IMG/VR virus record: IMGVR_UViG_3300034157_000065
Coordinates: 96,001 to 160,000 of that record
Strand: one strand, 5' to 3'
DNA from: a virus
Taxonomy: Duplodnaviria > Caudoviricetes
Length of the DNA: 64,000 bases
Positions 37,377 to 47,372 of this stretch are shown in pieces. The number at the start of each line of letters is the position of its first letter. Position 1 is the first letter of the stretch. Under the pieces are notes generated by a model that was not told where the DNA came from, did not search any database, and saw only the letters and a list, made by a program, of their open reading frames with translations. The translations under genes and the position numbers were made by a program.

Positions 37377-37589
37377 ATGCATACAAAACTTAAAGAATTT
37401 GAAGAAGTATCTGACCGTTTTCGAGTGTTGGAACTTGAAATTTTAAAAGACATTCAAGCTACTGGTAAAAATAAAGGCTATAACTGGCCGCTCCATTCCA
37501 TTTCTAACCTGTTCATTGGTAAAGATTATGTGACTTTTAAAATGAACGGTGTTCCGAAACGATTGGATATTCAAGAAATCTATCCATAA
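37377..37589 (+). CDS. Hypothetical protein
   Basis: AGGAG RBS before ATG 37377. Confidence 0.65.
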   Translation: MHTKLKEFEEVSDRFRVLELEILKDIQATGKNKGYNWPLHSISNLFIGKDYVTFKMNGVPKRLDIQEIYP

Positions 37590-37701
37590 GGCGTTTAATT
37601 TTTTTAAACAAGCCCATTGGCATTCACCAGTGGGTTTTTTGTTGCTTAAATTAAAGCAATAGCGTATAATTCAGTCTACTAAAACCAATGAGGTTACTCC
37701 A

Positions 37702-38238
37702 ATGAAAACCAGTCTTCGCCTTCTTCTGTCTGTTTTGGCTATTACATCGACAATGGCTCTTGCAGATGAACCTGTTGAAAAAGAACTGAGCCTTGAAAAA
37801 TTTAGCTATCATGGCGTTGGTTTTAAAGACAGCAAAACAGATCTTGTTGCCAAACTTTTTGAATGCAATGCCATGTCTTGCAAACGTAAAGAAAAAGACA
37901 CCAATATTGATGTTGTGTTTACAGATGATAGAATTCAAATTATTGATGCGAGAACTCGCTATAACAACCGCATTGACTGCACCGTTAATCAGCGTGAAAT
38001 TAAAAAGTTTTTGACGGACACCTATAATTTTGAATATGTGAATCAAGATAGCACTTTCTTGGGCATGAATATGACCAGTAATGATGTGGGTGGCAATATC
38101 AAAACCACAGATGGATCAATTTTTGTTAACGTTTCTTGCATGAACGACTCTAAAATCAATATGGGGTATGTGAATACTCGTTTTAATCTCAAAGACATTT
38201 CAGCTCAGAGTTTCAAGGACGCTTTCAAATATGAATAA
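37702..38238 (+). CDS. Secreted protein
   Basis: Signal peptide ending ALA; four Cys. Confidence 0.75.
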   Translation: MKTSLRLLLSVLAITSTMALADEPVEKELSLEKFSYHGVGFKDSKTDLVAKLFECNAMSCKRKEKDTNIDVVFTDDRIQIIDARTRYNNRIDCTVNQREIKKFLTDTYNFEYVNQDSTFLGMNMTSNDVGGNIKTTDGSIFVNVSCMNDSKINMGYVNTRFNLKDISAQSFKDAFKYE

Positions 38239-38770
38239 GATCACTAGCAATGGTTCAGTGCATCATCTTATTGATTTGAAATCAAGGGAGGCTATGCACC
38301 TTTACTACGGTTTAAAGAACAGGTTTGAATATACTGTTGAGAACCGTGAAGAAGTCGTCAAAACCATTGCTGATGATATTCGTGACTTTGTATTGCAATA
38401 TGACTTTGTGGTATACCCAGAAAGCAGTGCTTCGTTTATCAGTGATGTGTTGTATAAGATTGATATTCCAACGTATCAAGTGGTCAAAAACTCTATTGAG
38501 AACGTCAGAGTATTTTCAAACACACTTAACCTGCAGAAGAAAGAACGCGAAAGCCATGAAGAACGTTTTGCATTGATGGGGCCAAAGTTCAAAATCAACC
38601 AGATGAAGTCAACTCAACGTGTTAAATACGAAGCCGTTATTTTTGATAAACTTGACTTACCAAAAGGTCGAGGGCTTATTGTAGATGACAGCCATTTCTC
38701 AGGCACTACATACCGAGCGTTGGCAACTGTTACTGGCATTACCGATTTCTTGGCTATTTTTTCAAAATAA
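38231..38770 (+). CDS. Phosphoribosyltransferase-fold protein
   Basis: PRPP-binding loop LIVDDSHFSGTT; VYPESS. Confidence 0.7.
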   Translation: MNKITSNGSVHHLIDLKSREAMHLYYGLKNRFEYTVENREEVVKTIADDIRDFVLQYDFVVYPESSASFISDVLYKIDIPTYQVVKNSIENVRVFSNTLNLQKKERESHEERFALMGPKFKINQMKSTQRVKYEAVIFDKLDLPKGRGLIVDDSHFSGTTYRALATVTGITDFLAIFSK

Positions 38771-38911
38771 ATTGTCTTAAACCAACAAGAGATCTCCAGA
38801 ACTCTTTTTTATTTAATACCGCTACACTCTGCTAACAGTTAATTAACCTCTATTTGACAGCATTTTTAAGTGGTGGTAGCATGATAGCAATATAACATTA
38901 GAAGTATAACT

Positions 38912-39508
38912 ATGAACAAGTTATTATGTATACCAGCTTTGTTTGTTTTAATGACAGCAACACCAGTTAACGCCGATTACAGAATGGTAGTTGGTTTAGA
39001 ACAAAACTCTGGTGGTGGACTTGCTAATGATTCTATTGTGTTCAAAAATGGCATTACACCACCCGATGGCAATACACCTACTAATGATTACTCTATGTTT
39101 GGTAGTTATGAAACAGTAGCCAGATCTATTGTCAACAATCCAAATCCAAATGTTAAAGTGACTTATGATGATGTTAAAGAGATCTTTAATGCTGGATATG
39201 ATCTTAATGAATATAAAAAATTACAAGATTTTGGTTACGGATTAGGATTACTTGAAGCTTTTGTTTTTGGAACGAGTCTTCATTTGAACAACCTGATTGA
39301 ATTACATAATGAAGGTTATCAGTTAGATCGATTAGGACAAGCGGCTTATTATCTCCAAAATATATACGATATGCCATTTGATGCGGGTATTGCTAAAATA
39401 ACAACCTCGTATAAAGCTAGTTGTTGGAATACACTGGATGAAGCCTTCATGCTTATTGATATTTCTGAATGGGACAATTATGCTTCACAACAAAATTGCT
39501 TAAAATAA
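38912..39508 (+). CDS. Secreted protein (ADY-motif family)
   Basis: Signal peptide then ADYRM...SIVF. Confidence 0.75.
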   Translation: MNKLLCIPALFVLMTATPVNADYRMVVGLEQNSGGGLANDSIVFKNGITPPDGNTPTNDYSMFGSYETVARSIVNNPNPNVKVTYDDVKEIFNAGYDLNEYKKLQDFGYGLGLLEAFVFGTSLHLNNLIELHNEGYQLDRLGQAAYYLQNIYDMPFDAGIAKITTSYKASCWNTLDEAFMLIDISEWDNYASQQNCLK

Positions 39509-39565
39509 ATTGAATCTAGTCAGTTGGTTGTGATATAATAAGGCCACACACAGAGGATAAATATC

Positions 39566-39712
39566 ATGTTGAAATGTCTGTTTGGTTTGAATTGTAACTT
39601 TGTTTATTTTAAAGACGCCATTGTGGGTGGTGGACTTGATGGGAGTGTTGTCATGTCAGTTTACAAATGCACAGTTTGTAACAGAGAGAAAAATCAAGAA
39701 TATTCTCGTTAA
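39566..39712 (+). CDS. Small Cys-rich protein (48 aa), not in ORF track
   Basis: GAGG RBS; MLKCLFGLNC...YKCTVC. Confidence 0.6.
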   Translation: MLKCLFGLNCNFVYFKDAIVGGGLDGSVVMSVYKCTVCNREKNQEYSR

Positions 39713-39751
39713 CATTAAAAAAGGTAGCCTAGGCTACCTTATTCGTTTAAC

Positions 39752-40054
39752 TTATTCTTTCTTCATGTCTTCGACATTATCTTGGAGATATGTCTGTTTT
39801 CTGCTGGCTTTTAATTCATCCCATTTTTTATTCTGGTCTGCATTTAATACGCCTTGTATGTCTTTGTCTTCTGCGAGACGATGTTTTTCATGTATGTCTC
39901 TAAGCTGAGTTTTTTGACTTTCTGTCAACTTTAAATCTTGATAATACTTACCAAAGAATCCTTCAAACCAGTTGTCACTTGTGCTTGGTCCAGCGAAAGC
40001 AACTGATGATGTAAGTAGTGCAGCTCCCATAATAGCGATGAGTGATTTGTTCAT
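39752..40054 (-). CDS. Spy/CpxP-like periplasmic protein (LTxxQ motifs)
   Basis: AGGAGG RBS before ATG 40054; signal peptide; LKLTESQK and VLNADQ repeats. Confidence 0.65.
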   Translation of the reverse strand: MNKSLIAIMGAALLTSSVAFAGPSTSDNWFEGFFGKYYQDLKLTESQKTQLRDIHEKHRLAEDKDIQGVLNADQNKKWDELKASRKQTYLQDNVEDMKKE

Positions 40055-40224
40055 AAACAACCTCCTAATTATTGGTCTAACTAATATTATCATAGAAAAA
40101 CAAAAAGTCAATAGTAATCATTCGCATTTATGCTGTTCTATTTCCTATCTCAGAGGCAAAAATGTTGAACTTTTCCTTGTTTTTTGGTATAATACAAACA
40201 CTCAACAAATTGGAGATAAATATT

Positions 40225-40548
40225 ATGGTTAGCTTCTTGAAATACGCTTTCACCATCAAACCAGAATTCGTTCCCGAATTGAAAGAATCCTTTAAAGAAT
40301 TTGAATGGTTGGAGAATTTTATCTCTGTAGAAGATTCTGGTGCGGTTACGCTTTTTGATCTTGCTGATGGTCAAACAGAAGATGCGATTACTCAGGTGAT
40401 GGGTTCGTTGTCACCAGAAGGTGTTGCTAGTATCTCTTGTGACATCATTGCTTGTGAAATGAATGAGGTGGTTCGTTGCCGTGTTAAAGATGGTCAAGTT
40501 GTGAAACAGTATGCTTGCGACTTCGTTTGGAGTGCAACTCCTGCATAA
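40225..40548 (+). CDS. Hypothetical protein
   Basis: GGAG RBS before ATG 40225. Confidence 0.7.
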   Translation: MVSFLKYAFTIKPEFVPELKESFKEFEWLENFISVEDSGAVTLFDLADGQTEDAITQVMGSLSPEGVASISCDIIACEMNEVVRCRVKDGQVVKQYACDFVWSATPA

Positions 40549-40655
40549 TTAGTCTACTCAATCAAATAAACCGTCATTCAGGCGGTTTTTTTCTTTCTTA
40601 TGGTTGAAAAACTCAAAAGTTATGATAATTTATTCATTTCAAATGAGGATTTTTT

Positions 40656-41018
40656 ATGGCTTTAATTTTATACAGCAATGGTGAAGCTTCCTTCATCAAA
40701 AAAAACATTAACCCAGAATATTTTGAAGACGATGGTAGGTTAAATCTTGTATTCCTTCAAGCGACTCTTGAAGCAGAAGATATCAACACAATCTTTATAG
40801 ATGACCCTGAGACTGTTCTAACCATCGGTGAAGGGGATATGGAAGGCCATTATACGATGTTTCTTTTTGACAATGAAGCCGACTTCAAATTCCTGCCTGT
40901 TAATCAGTTCATGACCGATATAGCATTGCAAGTGGGCATGATTCCACCTGACACTGATATTAAAGGCACCGTTATCTGTTTAGAAATTGATGAACTGGGC
41001 ATTCCATTACCTTTATAA
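40656..41018 (+). CDS. DUF3846-like protein, paralog of 41088-41432
   Basis: DNEA....LPVN...T...I.G.V. Confidence 0.6.
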   Translation: MALILYSNGEASFIKKNINPEYFEDDGRLNLVFLQATLEAEDINTIFIDDPETVLTIGEGDMEGHYTMFLFDNEADFKFLPVNQFMTDIALQVGMIPPDTDIKGTVICLEIDELGIPLPL

Positions 41019-41087
41019 TTTGACTAGCATTTGTTGAATTTACATTATGTTATGTTATTATTTAAGTAACAACATGGAGTTGAACCA

Positions 41088-41432
41088 ATGGCTTTAGTCA
41101 TTTTTGAAGACGGCACAGCAAATAGTGCAAACGCAGTAGAACAACCAGAATTTTACGATGAGCTTGGCAGACCTAATCAAATGTTCATGCAAAGTGTTTT
41201 AGAAACATCAAACATTGGTGCATTATTTTTCGAAGATCCAGAAGCTGTTATTCATTATCATGGAGTCGCTTACTCATTATTGCTGATTGATAATGATGCA
41301 GAAGAAAAAGGTTTAAGAGTTAATAAGTTTGCTACTGAGATAGCTGTACGACTAGGATTAATCACATCAGATGAAGTTATATTAGGTTCAGTTATGTTTG
41401 TAGCAGTTACAGAATTAGGTCCAATGGAATAA
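41088..41432 (+). CDS. DUF3846-like protein, paralog of 40656-41018
   Basis: DNDA...GL.VN..AT...I.G.V. Confidence 0.6.
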   Translation: MALVIFEDGTANSANAVEQPEFYDELGRPNQMFMQSVLETSNIGALFFEDPEAVIHYHGVAYSLLLIDNDAEEKGLRVNKFATEIAVRLGLITSDEVILGSVMFVAVTELGPME

Positions 41433-41447
41433 TTTTTTTAATAGGAG

Positions 41448-41708
41448 ATGTATATGAGTGTGTTTAAAATTGAAGCAGATGGTAAGATGCATGTGTTTAA
41501 TTTAGTAAAGTTTAATATGTATGACAATCGTGGAAATGGATATGTTTTACATACCGATAATTCAGAACAGTTGGCTGTCTTATCTGTGGGACAAAATATT
41601 GACAAATTAGATATTCAGGAAGGAGCTGGACAAGTTGCCAGAAACCTTATGGTAAAAGAGATAAATGATAAAACATTGACACTTGTACACCACTACGTTG
41701 TAAAATAA
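41448..41708 (+). CDS. Hypothetical protein
   Basis: AGGAG RBS. Confidence 0.65.
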   Translation: MYMSVFKIEADGKMHVFNLVKFNMYDNRGNGYVLHTDNSEQLAVLSVGQNIDKLDIQEGAGQVARNLMVKEINDKTLTLVHHYVVK

Positions 41709-41826
41709 TAACAATAAATATATAAAAAAAAAGGCCATGTGGTCTTTTTTTTGTTTAGTTTACCTCTAAAATTGACATTTAAAAGATTCACATTATAATA
41801 CTTGTATAAAACTAATGTAAAACATT

Positions 41827-42375
41827 ATGAACAGTAAAATATTTTTATTTGTCCTCGTTGGTATTTTACCGATGTCTTCGTTTGCGGAGTATCGAATGAA
41901 TGTTAAATTTTCTGACCCTAGCTCTATTTCTTTCGGAACAGTCTCCAATCCCGGTGAAGACACTCCTGAAGAACCAACCGAACCAACAGATACTTGTCCT
42001 ACTAATATGCCAATGCCCACATTTGCGAGTGGATATCCATCTATTCAAAAAACGGTGAATTCAGTTTCCTATAGCGTTCAAATAACTGCAGCCGGTGGTT
42101 ATTCAACCTATGCAGAAGTCGCGGCTGGTCAAGCTACTGGAACGCCTCGTTTTGTTAAAATGTTGATGACACAAATTTCTGGTAACTCGTATCCCGCGAA
42201 CGGCGGTCTTTATGCTGGCACACTTCAAGCTTGGGTGATTAACTCAGGTCAGTCTTTGAATGTTACCATGATTCCTATAGTCTTTGATAACAGTGATGGT
42301 AGTGTTTGTGCCACTGGAACACCTTTTCAGTTAGTGAGTAAAACATATGCTCAACTCTATTCGGAAGCTCCTTAA
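41827..42375 (+). CDS. Secreted protein (ADY-motif family)
   Basis: Signal peptide then AEYRM...SISF and a Pro/Glu/Thr linker. Confidence 0.75.
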   Translation: MNSKIFLFVLVGILPMSSFAEYRMNVKFSDPSSISFGTVSNPGEDTPEEPTEPTDTCPTNMPMPTFASGYPSIQKTVNSVSYSVQITAAGGYSTYAEVAAGQATGTPRFVKMLMTQISGNSYPANGGLYAGTLQAWVINSGQSLNVTMIPIVFDNSDGSVCATGTPFQLVSKTYAQLYSEAP

Positions 42376-42487
42376 TTTAAATGATTACATTTAAGAACCT
42401 TTCAAGGTTCTTTTTTGTTAATTCATAGACTTTTATTTTAGTGTATGTTATAATTCAGTCACCATACACAGCCAGAGAACTTTTAAA

Positions 42488-42826
42488 ATGATGGATCTTA
42501 TGCTTAGTTTCGACCAACAACGTACACGTTTTGAACGTCATCATAAGAAAATATCACCTATTGCTTGTGATTATACTTGGGCTGACAATGGTTTTTCTGA
42601 TGTCCATATTAATGCCACTTTTCTGGGGTGGATGATGGCTGTTCAGGCACATAGAGATGATGAAGTTAAGCTCTCTTACACTCACAATTATGGTTGGAGG
42701 TTTGAGTATCTAGCGACTGGTTTTTCTGTGACTTGTCCTTTATTTTTCTATACCTATTCGACATTGGATCAGGCTATTGAATGGGGTAAAGAACAAGGTC
42801 TTGTCATTACTGAAATTGAAGATTAA
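42488..42826 (+). CDS. Hypothetical protein
   Basis: ORF with promoter and terminator. Confidence 0.65.
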   Translation: MMDLMLSFDQQRTRFERHHKKISPIACDYTWADNGFSDVHINATFLGWMMAVQAHRDDEVKLSYTHNYGWRFEYLATGFSVTCPLFFYTYSTLDQAIEWGKEQGLVITEIED

Positions 42827-42882
42827 TAGCTTACTCTCAACGTAGATAACAAAAAACCCGGCTATTGCTGGGTTTTTCTTTT

Positions 42883-43392
42883 CTATTTAATGTTCCATTT
42901 CTCTCTGCAAACATGCCTTATTCTTTCAATTTCATCTAAGAACCATTGATAATCAGTGGCTAGGTAGATCTTGTATTTACCGTTCTTCCCATACCAGTTG
43001 AAGTGAATAAATGGTAATGTTGAATGAACCAGTAAATCGAGAAGGTCTTTGTTTTGTCTAAGCTTGCATCTCAGACCTTCTAAGAGGTCTTCAACTTCTT
43101 CGGCAGTCAATCCAGTTGTTCTTGGGTTAATTTTGTCGAGTTCATCGCCGCGTGTTTTAGCTTCATAGCCATACAACGAACGCAATTCATCATATTGTTG
43201 ACCTGTCCAAATCCAAGCCCAGTAAGACTCAAGTGATTCGAAATGTCCGTGTTTTGGATGGTTGAATGGATAGTGTGAGAAATTGCTTAATGCCTTCCCA
43301 AGTTTTGTCTTTCCTTTGGAAGCTGCATTGATGAATAGAATGCCATCATTATCTGGCGAAATGTCTTCTTCGTGTAAAATAGTCAATGTCAT
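42883..43392 (-). CDS. NADAR (YbiA)-like protein
   Basis: LSNF...PF......F.SLE.YW and L..KL.QN..L..LL resemble the NADAR signature. Confidence 0.55.
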   Translation of the reverse strand: MTLTILHEEDISPDNDGILFINAASKGKTKLGKALSNFSHYPFNHPKHGHFESLESYWAWIWTGQQYDELRSLYGYEAKTRGDELDKINPRTTGLTAEEVEDLLEGLRCKLRQNKDLLDLLVHSTLPFIHFNWYGKNGKYKIYLATDYQWFLDEIERIRHVCREKWNIK

Positions 43393-43468
43393 TGTTAATA
43401 ACTCCTAATCGCTTTACTAACAATAACACAGATTTTACTCTTTTCAATTTTGAGAGTTTGGTTCAAAC

Positions 43469-43960
43469 TTATTTTTGTGTTGTGTCTTTTTGAGTTTTCG
43501 CTTCAAACTTTTTGAATTTATTGATGGCAACATTCATTTCATCTTCAAGTTTCTTACGATTTTGTTCATCAATGATGTGTTGATCAAGTTTTAATTTTGG
43601 TCTTTCATTGAGGTCTTGAATGCAATCGGTAATCCAAGGGATGAATACACCATGTCTGACAGCTTTAATAGCATTCCAAATGAACAACAATGTCATTGCA
43701 CCTGCACCCACGCAACCCAAGGTAAACAGCACAGTAGACGCAAGGAAGTAGAGTGGGAAAAAGAAAGCAGACTCAGCCACATAGCTGATACGGATAATGA
43801 ATTGCAGCATGAAGCCAATCACCATCATTGCCATTGACAGACAAAAGATAGTGCTTTTTACTGAATTGTCTACCAACATGCATTCCGGTATTTTTGATTT
43901 CAGGTCTATACTCATTTTTCGATCCTCGTTAAATACTGCAATTGTATCAAATAGAAACAC
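43469..43960 (-). CDS. Two-TM membrane protein
   Basis: Two hydrophobic helices; true start may be the internal MSID. Confidence 0.65.
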   Translation of the reverse strand: MFLFDTIAVFNEDRKMSIDLKSKIPECMLVDNSVKSTIFCLSMAMMVIGFMLQFIIRISYVAESAFFFPLYFLASTVLFTLGCVGAGAMTLLFIWNAIKAVRHGVFIPWITDCIQDLNERPKLKLDQHIIDEQNRKKLEDEMNVAINKFKKFEAKTQKDTTQK

Positions 43961-43986
43961 TTATTGCAATAGATTATAACAATATA

Positions 43987-44499
43987 TTATATAACTAACA
44001 TGTTGGCGAGAGTCAACCTTTGATTGAAATCAATACTGTTGAAATCATACACACCAATGACATCTAATTCTGGTAGTAAATCTCTCATGTCTTGGCCTTC
44101 TGGTTGTTTTGAACGCATGTAAATATTTAACAAATTTTTATCAACACTCGGATAAAAATGACTGATATAGCCATTTCTATCTCTTACATAATGATAAATG
44201 ACCTTAGACAGTTCCAAATGATTTTCTTTTTTTACATCAGCATAAAAAATCCATAACACATCGCCATTGAATTTGTTGTAAAAGGAAAACCTTAAACTTT
44301 TAAATTTTCCATCATCAAAAAGAGCATCACAGTCCTTAGACATACCGTCAAAAGACAGCTTTAATTTAATGGTATTGAAATTAAGTGTTTGTTTTAAAGG
44401 CATACCATTAGCATCCTGTTCGCACAAAACTTCAAAATAACCGGGAAGTCCCCATTTATTTTTGTCTTCGAAATCAGTGAGTGTAAATTTTTCGTACAT
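43987..44499 (-). CDS. YDF-tail family protein
   Basis: Ends LPELDVIGVYDFNSIDFNQRLTLANMLVI. Confidence 0.8.
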   Translation of the reverse strand: MYEKFTLTDFEDKNKWGLPGYFEVLCEQDANGMPLKQTLNFNTIKLKLSFDGMSKDCDALFDDGKFKSLRFSFYNKFNGDVLWIFYADVKKENHLELSKVIYHYVRDRNGYISHFYPSVDKNLLNIYMRSKQPEGQDMRDLLPELDVIGVYDFNSIDFNQRLTLANMLVI

Positions 44500-45011
44500 T
44501 AGATTAATACCATATTAGCGAGGGATACTCGTTGTTTAAAAGATTCACTGGCAAAGTCATAGACTCCCGTGATGTGTAGTTCTGGCAATAGTTCTTCCAT
44601 GACAGCTTGATGACCAGTATGGATTGCCATCAGCACTTTTAGTAAATCTTCTTCTAGAATGGCTCCGAATTGGTGCTTGTCAGCCTCTTGAATGCGGCCA
44701 CCTGTTTTACTGCAGCCAAATAAAGCTTTAACGAAATTGAGTTCTTTATCAAACAATATACTGAGCTTATGTGTAAAATGTTTATTGTGAAAATAAAATT
44801 TAAGTGATTTAAATTCAAGTTCGTCAGAAAATGTGGCAACACATAACTCAGTTAAACCATTAAATGAGAATCCTGTCTTAATATCAAGTTTTCTTATTTC
44901 TTTGTATTTGTGATTAGGCGTAATAATTTCTTTCGCCAATGCTTCAAGATTCGCCACTAATCCAGTTTTGTCGGCGTTCAGAAAATTTGAAATAACAGGA
45001 GCATTAGACAT
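44499..45011 (-). CDS. YDF-tail family protein
   Basis: Ends LPELHITGVYDFASESFKQRVSLANMVLI. Confidence 0.8.
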   Translation of the reverse strand: MSNAPVISNFLNADKTGLVANLEALAKEIITPNHKYKEIRKLDIKTGFSFNGLTELCVATFSDELEFKSLKFYFHNKHFTHKLSILFDKELNFVKALFGCSKTGGRIQEADKHQFGAILEEDLLKVLMAIHTGHQAVMEELLPELHITGVYDFASESFKQRVSLANMVLI

Positions 45012-45214
45012 AGAGAATACCTTTTAAAAAGTAATCATTAGCATATCACATTTCAATTATTAAAATCAATCATTATCGAAATTTTGATGGATACCTCTCC
45101 TATAACAAGAATATTAATACCGTGCTCATTGATACAGCTCTATTTAAATAAGGCTTGTGGTTGATTGAGAAAAGCATTATAATGAGCCATCTTAAATTAT
45201 GAAGGATAATTTCA

Positions 45215-45763
45215 ATGACGACTGCTATGAAACTTAAAAAAGATGACCTTTTCGTTGTGACCACTAACATCGCTGGTTCGGCTATCAAGGCTGGTCATAT
45301 TGTCTTTGTGCATAAAGGTGGTGCTAATCCGATTATGGCACGCTTCGATGAGGTTACTAGTAAAACGGTTTCTTACAAGAAAGAAGCCACTGCACACTTC
45401 ATGAAATATCTTCGTCCAGCCACAGCGGCTGACATCAAAGGCGATTTTGCTGATTGCGTCATTTTGAAGAACGATGAACATGAAACCCATCGTGGCGTTG
45501 CTTTCAATACCGTAGTAGGCATTAATAAAAAACCTGTCTTTGCTATTGCTAACACGGGTGTGGGTGGAATGACGACTGTTGAAGTTCATGATACAGTCAA
45601 AACCACTGAGATCATGGCGAAGTTTCGCCAACTGTTGAATGCACATTCGCCTACTGGCAAAGATGACTTGGATGAGTTTGTTTACGAAGGGTTTGTGAAC
45701 TTTCTTATGCATGACAGTAAAATCATGAATGTCGAAACCTACGTTAAGCATCGTTATACCTAA
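45215..45763 (+). CDS. Hypothetical protein
   Basis: AAGGA RBS; terminator downstream. Confidence 0.75.
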   Translation: MTTAMKLKKDDLFVVTTNIAGSAIKAGHIVFVHKGGANPIMARFDEVTSKTVSYKKEATAHFMKYLRPATAADIKGDFADCVILKNDEHETHRGVAFNTVVGINKKPVFAIANTGVGGMTTVEVHDTVKTTEIMAKFRQLLNAHSPTGKDDLDEFVYEGFVNFLMHDSKIMNVETYVKHRYT

Positions 45764-45848
45764 TAATCAACCATTTCACGAACCAAAAGAGGATGTCTAA
45801 GGATGTCCTTTTTTTTTAAAAGACATAAATCCGTTTTAGCCACATACC

Positions 45849-45865
45849 ATGATGTTATATTACAT
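45849..45865. promoter_or_regulatory. Possible Zur-type operator upstream of the CDF gene
   Basis: ATGATGTTATATTACAT, imperfect TGTTAT-N3-ATAACA palindrome 15 bp upstream of TTGATC-17-TATAAT. Confidence 0.4.
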
Positions 45866-45936
45866 TATCTTAAATTTCCTTTGATCTATGTCAATAAATA
45901 GTGTATAATTTCAAATATCATTAAGGTACCTAAATT

Positions 45937-46935
45937 ATGCATAGCTTCCATTCTCATCACTCTCATGACGAACATGCCCATGACACTGTTAATGTGGCAA
46001 ACCATGATCATTGTCCTAGTCTTCACATTCATGAAATCAATAAGCAAAAAGCCAGTGGCCGCAAAAAGCTTGCCATTATTATGGGTATTACCTTTGCTTT
46101 TGCGATTGTTGAAATGATTGGGGGTTGGTTTTCTGGATCATTGGCTTTGATTTCTGACGCATTCCATATGTTAACTGACTCATCTTCATTGATGTTGGCT
46201 TTAATTATGGCAATTCTTGCCCAAAAGCCCGCTGATGATAGATATTCCTATGGACATGGCCGTTGGGAGATTATAGGGGCATTACTGAATGGTTTGTTCA
46301 TGATTGCTGTGATTGTCTTCTTGGTCTATGAAGGCATTGACCGAATCCTTAATCCCAGAGCGGTTGAACCGACTACCATTATTTGGATTGCCTCTATTGG
46401 ATTGGCTATCAATATCTTTGCAGCATGGTTATTGCACTCACACAGCCACTCATTAAACACCCGAGGTGCCTTTCTCCATGTGCTTGGTGATTTACTGGGT
46501 AGCGTTGCCGCTATTGCTGCTGGTGTGATTATTTATTTCACTGGCATGACTGTCTTTGACCCGATTATTTCTATTGTTGTGGCTCTTATTTTGGTTGTTC
46601 CTACTTACAACTTGTTGAAACAAACAGCCAGAATCATCTTAGAAGGTGTTCCAGAACATATTGATTATGTCGAAGTCGGCAAGAACTTGAATGACATCCC
46701 TAATGTTATCTCAGTGCATGACCTCCATATTTGGTCAATGACTTCTGAACATATCTCATTGTCTGCACACGTTGAGATTTCTAGCATGAACGAATGGGAA
46801 ACAGTGTTAGCTGATATTCAATTGATGTTATCTGAGAAGTTCCAGATTAACCACATCACCTTACAGCCCGAAGTGCATAAAGAAGAATTAGAAGAAAAAG
46901 CTGACGATCATCATCACAGTCATCACGCTCATTAA
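45937..46935 (+). CDS. czcD: Cation diffusion facilitator zinc exporter (CzcD/ZitB family)
   Basis: SLALISDAFHMLTD, YSYGHGRWE, NTRGAFLHVLGDLLGS, VHDLHIW, HITLQPE; His-rich termini. Confidence 0.95.
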   Translation: MHSFHSHHSHDEHAHDTVNVANHDHCPSLHIHEINKQKASGRKKLAIIMGITFAFAIVEMIGGWFSGSLALISDAFHMLTDSSSLMLALIMAILAQKPADDRYSYGHGRWEIIGALLNGLFMIAVIVFLVYEGIDRILNPRAVEPTTIIWIASIGLAINIFAAWLLHSHSHSLNTRGAFLHVLGDLLGSVAAIAAGVIIYFTGMTVFDPIISIVVALILVVPTYNLLKQTARIILEGVPEHIDYVEVGKNLNDIPNVISVHDLHIWSMTSEHISLSAHVEISSMNEWETVLADIQLMLSEKFQINHITLQPEVHKEELEEKADDHHHSHHAH

Positions 46936-47000
46936 ATAACGCTTTTAACTGTCCGTTGTTTGTGGTATAATCGCTGTATTATCAATAACGGACTTTTAAC

Positions 47001-47279
47001 ATGAACCTTTTGAAATACTTGTTTGACTGGAACAACCATCCCATTCGCATTCTTTATACTCTCATTCCCATTGTTATCCTTAAATTTGGCTATTTACTAG
47101 CCTATTCCGTTGCACAGATTACTGTGAATAACGACTGGTTTTATCTGTCAGTTACCATCCTTGGTTTTATTATTCTTATTGTTTGTGTATGGCCTCTATT
47201 TCGTATTATTCGTGATAAGGAAGCCGAAAACAAATTAAAAGAACAGCATAAAAAAGATGAAAATGATCAAAAAAATTGA
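47001..47279 (+). CDS. Two-TM small membrane protein
   Basis: Hydrophobic helices with charged tail. Confidence 0.65.
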   Translation: MNLLKYLFDWNNHPIRILYTLIPIVILKFGYLLAYSVAQITVNNDWFYLSVTILGFIILIVCVWPLFRIIRDKEAENKLKEQHKKDENDQKN

Positions 47280-47372
47280 CCTTTTTATTTTTTATTGATA
47301 TACTAACAACCTCAATTAGACAGATAGACCTGTTTAAAACTTAACAGCCAGCAACATCTTGGAGTTCATTAA

